64,000 nucleotides of DNA from Sedimentisphaerales bacterium (GCA_040772485.1 JAXGYC010000008.1:1-64000), one strand, 5' to 3'. Positions 18,796-28,701 are shown, counted from the first letter of the stretch. A program made the numbers and translations. The notes: a model not told the origin generated them from the sequence alone.

Positions 18796-18806
18796 GCTAC
18801 GTTGGC
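18735..18806 (-). tRNA. tRNA-Thr(TGT), CCA not encoded
   Basis: Minus strand GCCAACG acceptor...TAGCTCAACGGTAGAGC D arm...CTGGT-TTTGTAA-ACCAG anticodon arm...GGTTCGAATCC T arm...CGTTGGC-T. Confidence 0.96.
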
Positions 18807-19014
18807 ACAAGGACAGCATTATAAGCGACTCGGGTCCGTCCCGTCCAGCCGGAGATTCAAACTGCGGCGCCTCGGCCGCGCCTGCCCGCATGACGCTCTT
18901 TGGTGAGCGAGGCCGCTCGCCCCGCGCTTGGGGAAATGGGCTTGCGGATGAGGGCGGGGTGTTTTAGGATGCGCGGGTATGGCACTGGGAATCGATCTGC
19001 GATAAGGAAGAGCC

Positions 19015-19884
19015 ATGGCGGACGACAAGCTGCGCATCTACGAGAATCCGACGTTTGCGAATCCCCGGCTGGTCGTCGGGTTCTTCGGGTGGATGGACGG
19101 AGGCGACGTCTCGACGGGGACGATCCGCATCCTGGCGGAAAAGCTGGGGGCCCGTCGGTTCGCGGAGATCCAGCCGGAGGGGTTCTACATCTACAGCTTC
19201 CCGGGAGCGATGGAGCTGACCGCGCTGTTCCGGCCGCACTGCCACATTCAGGGCGGGCTCGTGCGGGCGTTCGATCTGCCGGACAACGCGTTCTTCGGCG
19301 CGCCCGACAGCGACGTGATCCTGTTTCTGGGCAGGGAGCCGAACCTGGCGTGGCACGACTTCGCGGACTGCATGTTCTCGCTGTGTGACACGTTGGGCGT
19401 GAAGATGATCTACTTCGTCGGCAGCGTCTCGGGGCTGGTGCCGCACACGCGCGATCCGCATCTGTTCTGCTCCGTGAGCAGCGAGTCCCTGAAGCCGGTG
19501 TTCGCGGCGTACGGCATCCGATTCAGCGACTACGAGGGGCCGGCCAGTATCGTGACGTACCTGACGGCGCGGGCGCAGCAGCGCGGCGTCCAGATGGTCA
19601 GTCTCGTGGCGACAGTGCCGGCGTACGTGCAGGGCGGCAACCCGAAGTGTATCGACGTGGTGGTGCGGCGGGTGGCGGGCCTGCTGGGCCTGGAGCTGCG
19701 CCTCGACGACCTGCGGACGGCCGCCGATGACTTCGAACGCCGGCTGACCGAGGTCGTCAACGAGCAGCCGGAGTTGGCCGAGACGGTCACCAAGCTCGAA
19801 CAGGACTACGACAACGAGGTCTTCAACAATCAGATGACCGATCTGAAACAGTGGCTGCACCAGAAGGGCGTTCGCCTGGACTGA
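19015..19884 (+). CDS. PAC2 family (proteasome assembly chaperone-like) protein
   Basis: GFFGWMDGG, LGREPNLAW, VPHTR, YEGPAS, VPAY, LEQDYD motifs. Confidence 0.85.
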   Translation: MADDKLRIYENPTFANPRLVVGFFGWMDGGDVSTGTIRILAEKLGARRFAEIQPEGFYIYSFPGAMELTALFRPHCHIQGGLVRAFDLPDNAFFGAPDSDVILFLGREPNLAWHDFADCMFSLCDTLGVKMIYFVGSVSGLVPHTRDPHLFCSVSSESLKPVFAAYGIRFSDYEGPASIVTYLTARAQQRGVQMVSLVATVPAYVQGGNPKCIDVVVRRVAGLLGLELRLDDLRTAADDFERRLTEVVNEQPELAETVTKLEQDYDNEVFNNQMTDLKQWLHQKGVRLD

Positions 19885-19915
19885 GCCGCGCCACGACGAC
19901 AAGGAGGATTCGACC

Positions 19916-21697
19916 ATGTCACTTTCTCAGCAGTTGCGAAGAGTATCACTGGGCCTGATCGGCGCCTTCGCATTGAGCCTCGGCCTGGCAGCGCCGGCCA
20001 CATCGGCCGAAGTCGTCGGTCGCCCCGACGAGACCCCCGAGCAGCGCGACGCCCGCATGAAGTGGTGGCGCGAAGCCCGCTTCGGCCTGTTTATTCACTG
20101 GGGCGTGTATGCCGTGCCCGCCGGGACGTACAACGGCCAGCAGATCGGCGGGATCGGGGAATGGATCATGAACCGGGGCAAGATCCCGGTGGCGGAGTAC
20201 AAGGCGTTCGCCGGGCAGTTCGACCCGGTCAAGTACGATCCGGACGCGTGGGTGCGGCTGGCGAAAGAGGCGGGCATGAAGTACATCGTGATCACGAGCA
20301 AGCACCACGACGGCTTCGCGCTGTTCGACTCGAAGGCGACGGACTGGGACGTGGTGGACGCGACGCCGTACGGCAAGGACCTGCTGGCGCCGCTGGCCGA
20401 GGCCTGCCGCAAGCACGGCCTGCGTCTCGGCTTCTACTACTCGCAGGCCCAGGACTGGAACCATCCGGGCGGCGCCGCCGCCGGCGGCCACTGGGACCCG
20501 GCTCAGGATGGTGACATGGATGCCTACCTGCGCAACATCGCGGTCCCGCAGGTGCGCGAGATCCTCTCGAACTACGGCAAGCTCGGCGTCCTCTGGTGGG
20601 ACACGCCGACCGACATGACCAAAGAGCGGGCCGAAATGCTGCTGCCGCTGCTCGATCTGCAGCCCGGCATCATCACGAACAACCGCCTCGGCGGCGGCTA
20701 CGCGGGCGACCTGAGCACGCCGGAGCAGCGCATCCCCGCCACCGGCACGCCCGGCCGCGACTGGGAAACCTGCATGACCATGAACGGCACCTGGGGCTAC
20801 AAGAGCTACGACCACAACTGGAAGCCGACCGAGACGCTGATCCGCAACCTCGTCGACATCGCCAGCAAAGGCGGCAACTACCTGCTCAACGTCGGGCCCA
20901 CCGCCCTCGGCGAAATCCCGCCGCCCAGCATCGAGCGGCTCCAGGAGATCGGCAAGTGGATGAAGGTCAACGGCGACTCGATCTACGCGACCACCGCCAG
21001 CCCGTTTGCGCGGCTGGCCTGGGGCCGCTGCACGAAGAAGGTCGGCGACGAGCGCACCACGCTCTACCTGCACGTGTTCGAATGGCCCGCCGACGGCAAG
21101 CTGCTGGTGCCGGGTTTGCGGAACAACGTCCGCCGCGCGCGCCTGCTGGCCAACGACGAGCGGCTCGATGCGAAGAACACGCCGGAAGGCGTCGTCATCG
21201 ACGTGCCCGCCAAGCCGCTCGATCCGATCGACACGGTGATCGTCCTGCGCGTACGCGGCGAGCTCGATATCGAGAAGGTCCTGCCGACCCAGGCCGACGA
21301 CGGCACGATGGCCCTGCCCGCGCCGCTGGCCGAGACCCACAGCGAAGGCGGCTCGGGCCCGCAGGTCGAGGACATCGGCGGCAAGGCCAGCATCGGCTAC
21401 TGGACCAACGACCGCGCATGGATGAGTTGGCAGTTCAAGATCGCCAAGCCCGGCACGTTCGACGTCGTCGCCGAGATCGCCACGACGGCCAGCAGCAGCA
21501 AGTTCGAAATCGCCGTGGCAGGCGAGAAGCTCGCTGCCCAGGCGCCGAACACCGGCGACTATCGCAAGTTCGAGACGGTCACTCTCGGCCGGGTCCGCAT
21601 CGCCAACGCGGGCGACTGCGAACTGACCATCAAGCCCGTCCGTGGCCAGTGGAGCCCCATCAACCTCCGCTCGATCGTGCTGAAGCCCGCGCAGTAG
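19916..21697 (+). CDS. Alpha-L-fucosidase (GH29) with C-terminal CBM-like domain
   Basis: WWREARFGLFIHWG, TSKHHDGF, LWWD, WETCMTMNGTWGY, GGNYLLNVGP; signal peptide. Confidence 0.92.
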   Translation: MSLSQQLRRVSLGLIGAFALSLGLAAPATSAEVVGRPDETPEQRDARMKWWREARFGLFIHWGVYAVPAGTYNGQQIGGIGEWIMNRGKIPVAEYKAFAGQFDPVKYDPDAWVRLAKEAGMKYIVITSKHHDGFALFDSKATDWDVVDATPYGKDLLAPLAEACRKHGLRLGFYYSQAQDWNHPGGAAAGGHWDPAQDGDMDAYLRNIAVPQVREILSNYGKLGVLWWDTPTDMTKERAEMLLPLLDLQPGIITNNRLGGGYAGDLSTPEQRIPATGTPGRDWETCMTMNGTWGYKSYDHNWKPTETLIRNLVDIASKGGNYLLNVGPTALGEIPPPSIERLQEIGKWMKVNGDSIYATTASPFARLAWGRCTKKVGDERTTLYLHVFEWPADGKLLVPGLRNNVRRARLLANDERLDAKNTPEGVVIDVPAKPLDPIDTVIVLRVRGELDIEKVLPTQADDGTMALPAPLAETHSEGGSGPQVEDIGGKASIGYWTNDRAWMSWQFKIAKPGTFDVVAEIATTASSSKFEIAVAGEKLAAQAPNTGDYRKFETVTLGRVRIANAGDCELTIKPVRGQWSPINLRSIVLKPAQ

Positions 21698-21700
21698 AAT

Positions 21701-21730
21701 CGTCGCTCGTCGCCCGTCGCTCGTCGCTCG
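21701..21730 (+). repeat. Heptamer tandem array (CGTCGCY x4)
   Basis: cgtcgct cgtcgcc cgtcgct cgtcgct, 3 bp after the GH29 stop; same unit at 27221-27262, 27365-27394 and 28495-28507. Confidence 0.85.
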
Positions 21731-21773
21731 CAACAGATGTCACCGCGCCCCCGCCCCACGCGGGGGCACGTTC

Positions 21774-21800
21774 GTTTGTAGTGACGCCCTCAGGCGTTAC
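21774..21800 (+). repeat. GTAG-family REP-like palindrome
   Basis: gtttGTAGtgacgcc-ctca-ggcgttac; near-identical inverted copy at 62737-62763. Confidence 0.75.
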
Positions 21801-21886
21801 CACGCGCAGGGCGTGCACCGCACCCCGACGGGTGGCAGCCTCAAACGCAAAGCGTTTGGGGATGGCTTCTCACATGGTTTACGTGC

Positions 21887-22738
21887 CTATCGTGACGCGG
21901 GCTTGCGGCGTGCGCGGTTCTTCTTGCCCCTTTTGCCGCCGGCGATGGAGCGCCCCTTCTTCCTGGGCGTTGTTTTCCTGGGCGTTGTCTTCCTCGCCTT
22001 TGCTCTTCTGCGTCGGCTCTTTGGCTCTTCACTGCGCCCCGCCGCCTTCGCCTCGGCGCGGACCTGCGCTCGGCGTTGCTCCGGCCATTCCTCGGGGAAG
22101 TTCAGGTTGGCGAATTCGCCGAAGATCTCGACCGCCTTGCGATCGTATGCCCGCGCCCCCTCGGGTTCGGTGTCGAAGAAGCCCAGCCAGATTGTCTTGC
22201 CCTCAAAGACGAGTTTCGAGTAGCACCGTTTGCAGCCCCTTATGTAGCCGACGCCTTTGTATTGGGAAGCTGAGTTTCGCTGCTTGCGTTGGTTGCGCTG
22301 GTTCTCTCCCGGCGTGCACACCCGCAGATTGGCCCGGCAGTTGTTCGCGCGATTCGCGTCGATATGGTCCACCACCATACCCTTGGGCGGGTTCATGATC
22401 TGGCGATGCATGAGAATCCGCTTGCCCTTCTCGCACCGAGCCGCGTATCCGCCGCCGCACAGATGCCACTGGTACTGGTTCAACCATTCGTAGTCGGCCG
22501 CATCGACCAGCGCATAGCGCCCGTCCCCCATCGGAATGCGCTTCACGTCGCCTTCGGGCTCGACGTGCCTGGGCCGGAAATTGCAGCACGGCACGCCCGT
22601 CACGTCCCGCAGCTCGCCCGGCCAATCCGGATGGTTCGCACACATCGGCACCAGCGTCCGGCCCATGAACAAATCCCGCAGCCATCGCTCCGGATCGACC
22701 CACACGTACACGCAGTCGTAACAACTCCCCTTGGCCAT
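21887..22738 (-). CDS. HNH endonuclease with AP2 DNA-binding domain
   Basis: MHRQIM...VVDHIDANRANNCRANLR (HNH); SQYKGV...WLGFFDT...ARAYDRKAVEIFGEFANLNFP (AP2); Cys-rich N-terminus, basic tail. Confidence 0.9.
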   Translation of the reverse strand: MAKGSCYDCVYVWVDPERWLRDLFMGRTLVPMCANHPDWPGELRDVTGVPCCNFRPRHVEPEGDVKRIPMGDGRYALVDAADYEWLNQYQWHLCGGGYAARCEKGKRILMHRQIMNPPKGMVVDHIDANRANNCRANLRVCTPGENQRNQRKQRNSASQYKGVGYIRGCKRCYSKLVFEGKTIWLGFFDTEPEGARAYDRKAVEIFGEFANLNFPEEWPEQRRAQVRAEAKAAGRSEEPKSRRRRAKARKTTPRKTTPRKKGRSIAGGKRGKKNRARRKPASR

Positions 22739-23160
22739 GATCGCCTCCTTTCCCGCGTCCCGCGCGATCCACATCGGTATCCATGCATCATCACACCTAT
22801 GTTCTTTGGTTGTATGCTAACACAACACCGCGTGCCTGTCCACACGATAATATGTGGATTCCTTGTTTTTGTGGAAGGGCAAGGTGTATGAAATTCGACA
22901 TAGCCCGTCGCATCAGAAGTATATGCGACGCAGAGATTTATGACCTAAACAGTTCCCCTTGACCGACGGAGCGGGCTGGGGATTGACGAAACAACGGCCT
23001 TGTCAGTTTCGGGAGCTCTGAAGCGTGGCAACCGCACCACCGGGCTCAGACGCGTTCCACCAGATTCCCTCGTCGCGCCGTCACAACATGGTTTGCCGGG
23101 GAAGTATATCCTGAGCCAATGAAATAGAGAATGTAACAAGCATCTACGACAGTCTGGGGA

Positions 23161-24033
23161 CTATTCATCGTACCGCATGTCCACCTCTACGCCAAGCAGT
23201 TTCGATTTGGGGCTTTCGTCCGTCAGTTCTAAAATCTTACTGGCTTCTAGCTTCTGCCAGTCGTCCGCCTTGAGACATTCCCGGCAGGCATGCAATTGAT
23301 CCTCATTGAGAGTGGCAATATACTGATAGTCCCAACTGCGCGTCTCTTCCAAGACAACGTGGAGCGCCGTTGCCCTCTGCCGATGATCCATATCGCTGAA
23401 CAACCTGCTATCATGAAATAGAAAGTCTATCGCGTGGTTATGCTTCTGACGAAGAATCATCATGTCGAAGCAGAATATCTTGACCTCGTTTATCCCGTCC
23501 GATGCATCATCCTCGATCCTGGCCACGATATTGAATCTGAGCTGATTATCTCCCTCGTTATTCTCGACGGTTATGCCGCCCGGTTTCTCCTCATAGAACT
23601 GGCTTGAGAGTGACACGAACGCCTTCATGTTGGACTCAAGCAGGTCCTTCACGTCCGCAAGGTAGTCGTTCGTTCGTACGTTTTCCTCCTTGAGTTTTAG
23701 TACAGCCCTTGCCTTGTCGTTCTTGTAGCGAGACAGTAATCTCTGGTACCCCATCAAGTCGACGAAATCATCACAAGCCTTCTTCATCGCCTTGGAGGGG
23801 CTGCCCTTGGAATCAGGTTTCTCAGGGGAATACACCTGGAAGAACGTTCCCGTGTCTTTGATGTATCCGTCGTTCTTGCGATCACCAGTCTGCCCCTGAG
23901 GCTTTATCTGACGAAAGCCGGACTCGCCAAAGTCCATGATTTGGGTAAAAATGTCCTCAAAGGCTGTGCCTGTTGCTTTGAGAATCTTGTTCTGAAACAC
24001 TAGCCGTGCGATTTGTCGCTGCTGACTATTCAT
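23161..24033 (-). pseudogene. In-frame deletion fusion of a Lamassu/ABC-3C effector N-terminus and an ABC-ATPase (DUF2326) C-terminus
   Basis: N-terminal AFEDIF...GDRKNDGY...FQVYSPE nuclease-like part joined at ~23750 to KIFCFDM...FLFHDSRLFSDMD...QYIATLN...KLLG; no Walker A. Confidence 0.7.
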
Positions 24034-24326
24034 GGCAACCAAATCCTGTTACAGTTGAGCTCTATATCGCATGGTGCCAATGGATTGCCTTCCCTCGTAA
24101 CCTTGTCTCATAGCACAAGATAACCTTCGCACCGCGCGGCAAAGCATTCTCAGCTACACGCAATGTGGCCGAAACGGCGCCGAAGATCAAGCGAAAAAGG
24201 CCGCACTTATCAGCCTACATATCTGAACGGGTGATTAGCCCCGATGAACACCTCTCACCTTCATTTGCCACGGTTCCCAACATTGGTATTCGTTCCTCCC
24301 CTTATCGCGTGCTCTTCGCGCCGGGG

Positions 24327-24452
24327 CCGTTTCTCGGCCGACCGTTCTTCGGGGAAAGTCAACTGGGCGGACTAACCGAGACGCTCGACACCCGCACGGT
24401 TGCAGACACGGGCAGCCATGACATCATCCATGAAGGTGCCGAACCAGATACG
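24327..24452 (-). pseudogene. Decayed AP2-domain fragment (relic of a second HNH-AP2 gene)
   Basis: RIWFGTFMDDVMAARVCNRAGVERLG*SAQLTFPEE aligns with TIWLGFFDTEPEGARAYDRKAVEIFGEFANLNFPEE of 21887-22738; stop at 24372-24374. Confidence 0.7.
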
Positions 24453-24570
24453 CGAGGCTTATAGTGGCGGTCAAGATGCCTGATTGGGGAGTGGTTCTGG
24501 CTATGACGCCGGGCCGCGAAGGGGCAATGGGGAACTGAAAGTGGGGAGGACCCTCCCCGGTTTGGCCAGG

Positions 24571-24645
24571 GCAGGCACCCTGGCGATGGCTGTGCTGCGC
24601 GTGTTCGAGAAGAATCCGAAAGTCGTTATGGATGCGCTGACCTGA
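24571..24645 (+). pseudogene. Possible C-terminal stub of an Xre/HigA-like antitoxin
   Basis: AMAVLRVFEKNPKVVMDALT* resembles the LLRV...P..V..AL tail of YiaG/HigA proteins. Confidence 0.3.
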
Positions 24646-24665
24646 AGCGGCAAGGAAGGGTTGGT

Positions 24666-24730
24666 GGCGGCGCTGGTCAGGCGGAGGCGGCCTTCGTTCA
24701 TGCTGATGTGCGGGAAGGCGACGCCTTTGG
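24666..24730. repeat. 65-bp direct repeat of the 3' coding region of the 25132 gene (other copy 25174-25238)
   Basis: 52 bp exact core (24674-24725 = 25182-25233); 63/65 identical overall. Confidence 0.9.
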
Positions 24731-24812
24731 GGGATGCCATCCCCAAGCCCTTTAGGTCTGAGGCTGCCATGCGGGACGTCCACTGGCTACCGGTCGAGCC
24801 CCACGGGAGCAG

Positions 24813-25085
24813 CTATCCTGCTTTCTCGCTCAGGCGGCCGGTGATGTATTTGTGCAGGACGCTGGAGATGAGGGTCTGATAGGACAGCCCCTCCTGCATC
24901 GCCTTTTTCTGGAACTGGGCGAGGTCCTTCTCCGACATGCGGATGTTGACGCGCTTGTCCTTGCGGATCGTGGCGCGGGCCGCATCCTGGTATCGTCCGA
25001 CCTCCTGGGCCCGACGCGGCACACCGCACCATTCGCCCTTCTCGACGGACCGGAGGATGTCTCTTTCTTCTTTCGTCAGTTTCAC
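24813..25085 (-). CDS. CopG/RHH (BrnA-like) antitoxin
   Basis: LTKEERDILRSVEKGEW...KDKRVNIRMS..DL...A..EGLSYQTLISSVLHKY. Confidence 0.85.
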   Translation of the reverse strand: MKLTKEERDILRSVEKGEWCGVPRRAQEVGRYQDAARATIRKDKRVNIRMSEKDLAQFQKKAMQEGLSYQTLISSVLHKYITGRLSEKAG

Positions 25086-25129
25086 TTGGAATCACCTCCC
25101 AGATATTTCCGCGTCATCTTGCGACTCGG
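25082..25129 (-). pseudogene. C-terminal stub of the cognate BrnT-like toxin
   Basis: PSRKMTRKYLGGDSK* with GTGA overlap onto the antitoxin start; remainder of gene absent. Confidence 0.65.
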
Positions 25130-25131
25130 CG

Positions 25132-25953
25132 TCACATGGGGAGGTTGACGCGGAGGGTGGCGGTGGTGACGCCGGCGGCGGTGGTCAGGCGGAGGCGGCC
25201 TTCGTTCATGCTGATGTGCGGGAAGGCGACGCCCTTGGAGCCGGTGAGGCTGCGGGCCAGGCCGGGGGATTTGTCCAGCTCGATCCGCAGACCGTCGAAG
25301 GTCTGGTTCATCATCATGCCGGAGAGCGAGACCAACTCGTTGGCCTGGGTCGATTCGCCGGACGTGCCGACCAGACTCCGGACGTCGTGTGCAAACCGCT
25401 CCATCAGCCAGTTGACGATGGCGAGCTGTCGGGCCTCCTCGGTCGCGTAGGGCGTCGTCTGGATCTCGGGCGACAGCACGAGTTCGGCGTCGAAGATCAG
25501 CCCCTTTCGCGGCGGGAACAGGCGTTGGCCTCGCGCGGTCGGCGCGGTGGTGGCCCGCTCGTCGACGCAGAAGAAGTACTTGCGGCGGGCGGTCATCTGG
25601 TGCTCGTCGAAGGCGATCAGGGTGACCCAGGTTTTGAAGCCGTCGGCGCTGCGGCCGGAGACGGCGAACGTCGTGCCGCTCTGGCTGACGAGCTGCGGGC
25701 CGGCGGCGTTGGGGTCGAGCCGGTAGTCGGGGATGTCGAACGCGCTCAGGGCGTCGAGCGTGGTGCTGGTCTTGAGCTGGGTGTGGCGGTAGGGACCGGC
25801 CAGCCGGGTGTAGGCCAGCGGCTCAGCGCTGACATACAGCAGCGCCGCGCAACCACAGAGCGCAAGAAGAGAGCCGGCGAGAGCCACCAGACCGAACGAT
25901 GCACGCCCGATCGTGATGCGGCGCTGCGACATCGTCCGTCCCGTGGCTCTCAT
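25132..25953 (-). CDS. Hypothetical exported/lipoprotein (start uncertain)
   Basis: Long ORF with host codon usage; hydrophobic N-region ending LALCGC. Confidence 0.65.
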   Translation of the reverse strand: MRATGRTMSQRRITIGRASFGLVALAGSLLALCGCAALLYVSAEPLAYTRLAGPYRHTQLKTSTTLDALSAFDIPDYRLDPNAAGPQLVSQSGTTFAVSGRSADGFKTWVTLIAFDEHQMTARRKYFFCVDERATTAPTARGQRLFPPRKGLIFDAELVLSPEIQTTPYATEEARQLAIVNWLMERFAHDVRSLVGTSGESTQANELVSLSGMMMNQTFDGLRIELDKSPGLARSLTGSKGVAFPHISMNEGRLRLTTAAGVTTATLRVNLPM

Positions 25954-26070
25954 ACCGGCTCTCCGACTGCCACTGCGAGATGATCGATCATGGTTCGCGG
26001 ACATCGGCGTTTCTGTTGTCCAGCGGCTCGACATCCCAAGAATCAATCATCAATAATCCCTAATCAATAC

Positions 26071-27075
26071 TTACACCTCTTTGGCCTTGATCCACTTCAT
26101 CATCTTTCGCAGCTTGCGGCCGATGGTCTCCAACTGGCCCTTGTGGTCCTTTTCGTACAGAGCGTTGAAATTCTTCAGCCCGGTCTGGTATTCGTTGACC
26201 CACTCCCGCGCGAAGGCGCCGCTGGTGATTTCGCCGAGGATCTTCTTCATCTCGGCGCGGGTCTGGTCGGTGATGATGCGCGGCCCGCGGCTGAGGTCGC
26301 CGTACTCGGCGGTGTTCGAGATGCTGTACCGCATGTAGCTCAGGCCGCCCTGGTAGATCAGATCGACGATCAGTTTGACCTCATGGCAACATTCAAAGTA
26401 GGCGATTTCAGGCTGGTAGCCGGCGGCGACGAGGGTTTCGAAGCCGGCCTTGATCAGGGCGGACAAGCCGCCGCAGAGGACCACCTGCTCGCCAAACAGA
26501 TCGGTCTCGGTCTCTTCCTTGTAGGTCGTCTCGAGCACGCCGGCGCGGGCGCCGCCGATGCCGTTGGCCCAGGCCAGCGCGATCTGCCGGGCGGTGCCGG
26601 TGGCGTCCTGCTGCACCGCGACCAGGCACGGCACGCCGCCGCCCTTCTCGTACTCGCTGCGGACCAGATGTCCCGGGCCCTTCGGCGCGATCATGACGAC
26701 GTTGACGTCCTTCGGCGGCACGATGTACTTGAAGTGGATGTTGAACCCGTGGCAGAACCCGAGGGTCTGGCCCGCCTTGAGGTTCGGGGCGATCTGCCCG
26801 GCGTAGACCTTCGCCTGCACCTCGTCCGGCAGCGTCACGATGATCAGGGCCGCCCCTTTCATCGCGGTCTTGATGTCGCCCGGCTTGAAACCGTGCTCGA
26901 CCGCCAGCTTGAAGTTGTCCGTCCCCTCCAGCTCGGCGATCGCCACCTCGATCCCGCTGTCGCGAAGGTTCTGGCTGTGGGCATGCCCCTGACTCCCATA
27001 TCCGATGACTGCTACTCTCTTGCCCTGTAGCGGTGCGATCGGGGCTTGATCCTCGTAGTAAATCTTTGCTGCCAT
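26071..27075 (-). CDS. ilvC: Ketol-acid reductoisomerase
   Basis: [46 protein letters not shown]. Confidence 0.98.
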   Translation of the reverse strand: MAAKIYYEDQAPIAPLQGKRVAVIGYGSQGHAHSQNLRDSGIEVAIAELEGTDNFKLAVEHGFKPGDIKTAMKGAALIIVTLPDEVQAKVYAGQIAPNLKAGQTLGFCHGFNIHFKYIVPPKDVNVVMIAPKGPGHLVRSEYEKGGGVPCLVAVQQDATGTARQIALAWANGIGGARAGVLETTYKEETETDLFGEQVVLCGGLSALIKAGFETLVAAGYQPEIAYFECCHEVKLIVDLIYQGGLSYMRYSISNTAEYGDLSRGPRIITDQTRAEMKKILGEITSGAFAREWVNEYQTGLKNFNALYEKDHKGQLETIGRKLRKMMKWIKAKEV

Positions 27076-27220
27076 TGGACTTATCTCCTTTCTATCTCAA
27101 ACATGCATTACGTGCGAATACCGAGGTTCGACGGGTTTCGGGGGCCGATTATAAGCCCGCGCCGCCCAAGAGTAAACTCCCGCCTTGCCCCCGGTCCCAA
27201 GGTTTTTCCCGCCCCAAGGC

Positions 27221-27535
27221 CGTCGCTCGTGGCTCGTCGCTCGTGGCTCGTCGCCCGTCGCTCGAGCGAACGTGGAAGCGTAGATGCGTAAAAGCGTAGA
27301 CCCGTTCCCCTCCGGCCTACGGCCTAAGGTCTCCCGCCTGGCGCAGCCCTTCGCACCCTTCGCCCGTCGCTCGTGCCTCGTCGCTCGTCGCTCGGGCGAG
27401 GGAGCGTCCCGCTCGACCCTGGTACTGTGCACGCGAGATTCAAGACACGAGCAGCGCCTGCGCCAAGCGAAGTCGAGGGGAGATACGCCGCCCCCGGCGG
27501 CCCCCTCCGGCCTACTGCCTCCGGCCTCCAGCCTT
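27221..27535 (+). repeat. Composite cluster of heptamer and octamer tandem arrays
   Basis: CGT(C/G)GCY x6 (27221-27262), CGTRRANG octamers (27271-27302), CGGCCTM-type units, CGTCGCT-like x4 (27365-27394). Confidence 0.8.
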
Positions 27536-27563
27536 TTGCCTGGCATGGACCGAGCAGGTGCGA

Positions 27564-27842
27564 ATTCTCTCACAGCCCGTTACAGAATTGACGGACAAGA
27601 ATCTCCAACAAGGTGTTAGAGAACTGGATGGACGAAACCTGCCACAGGCAGTGGCGCAGATTCCCTGGGGTCACAACATCCAACTGATCACGAAGGTGAA
27701 GGACCCTGCCGAGCGTCTCTGGTATGCCCGGCAAGCGGTCGAGCACGGCTGGTCGCGCGCCGTGCTCGTGCACTGGATCGAGTCGGACCTCTACGCGCGC
27801 CAGGGCAAGGCCGTCACGAACTTCTCACGGTCGCCCTTACCC
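27564..27842 (+). pseudogene. Internal fragment of a DUF1016/YhcG nuclease
   Basis: QIPWGHN..LITKVKD..ERLWY...GWSRAVL...IESDLYARQGKAVTNF; both termini missing. Confidence 0.8.
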
Positions 27843-27964
27843 ACCCCGGATTCAGCACCCCGCCCCGCGCAGATTCCCCGCGCGCGCCAACGCGTGCTTG
27901 CAGGGCTGCCATTCGTTGGTACAATAGGACCCATGATGGATGTGGCGAAAGGGTGGGCTGGAAG

Positions 27965-28441
27965 ATGAGTACTCCGATCCGCGAGCGCGCCGCAGAGGCA
28001 GGCGGTTCTCTGGAGGAACGGTTCGAGCGGGCCAAAGCGGCCCTCGTAGGAGCAGACCCGTTTTACGCAAGCGAAGCCTTTTGGCAGAGGTTCTTGGCTG
28101 GTGGCCTTAACGAGAGTCACGTTGCCAAGGTCGAAGGGATGTTGCAGGCATATCAGCATGGCAACGCCCAAGCGCAATCCCGTGCGCCGGGCGCAGATGA
28201 TGCTGCAGGACGGCTTCTTGCCGACTATGACTCTGGAGTCATTGAGACCGTTCAGGATCTCGCCAACGCGGCGGAGGCCGTTGCGAAAGAGATGGAAAAC
28301 GATGCGCTGTTTGACGCGGTCCAACGCTTCCGCAGATTCCAGGCTGAGGATTACGAGCTCGCCGGTCGCGGAGACTGGGACGAGGGCGAAACGCTTCTGA
28401 TTCGTGGCATAGAACGGGCACGATCATGCAACCCGCATTAA
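27965..28441 (+). CDS. Hypothetical protein
   Basis: 158-aa acidic helical ORF between repeat clusters; no recognised motif. Confidence 0.5.
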   Translation: MSTPIRERAAEAGGSLEERFERAKAALVGADPFYASEAFWQRFLAGGLNESHVAKVEGMLQAYQHGNAQAQSRAPGADDAAGRLLADYDSGVIETVQDLANAAEAVAKEMENDALFDAVQRFRRFQAEDYELAGRGDWDEGETLLIRGIERARSCNPH

Positions 28442-28701
28442 CACGAGTAGACATAACGCGGTCTCCTTGCGGTACCGGGCCGCAAGCCTGCCGCCGCTCG
28501 TCGCTCGCCAAGCGTGAGAGCGTAGATGCGTGACCCTGCCCGCTCTCCTGTGCAAGCGGGGCAGACGCGCTACCCGCGATTCGCAGGTACAGGCCCCGCG
28601 CGGGCAGCACGGTTTGCAGATGGAAGCCATAGCGCGGTCTGGCGGTCTGAGAACAGCACAATCAATTCAAACCGAGACAAGTAAGGCGCCCCCGAAATTC
28701 C

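Noticed and set aside
19946..22398. Long overlapping ORFs (595 aa minus, 600 aa plus)
   Set aside because: Shadow frames of the GC-rich GH29 gene; Arg/Pro/Ala-rich with no motifs. The same applies to shadows over GH9, GH35, GH106 and the liv genes.
24666..25238. Diversity-generating retroelement TR/VR pair
   Set aside because: Only two mismatches, not a pattern of adenine-specific substitution, and no reverse transcriptase in the window.
27221..27535. Possible CRISPR array
   Set aside because: Units are 7-8 bp tandem repeats with no unique spacers, and no cas genes are present.
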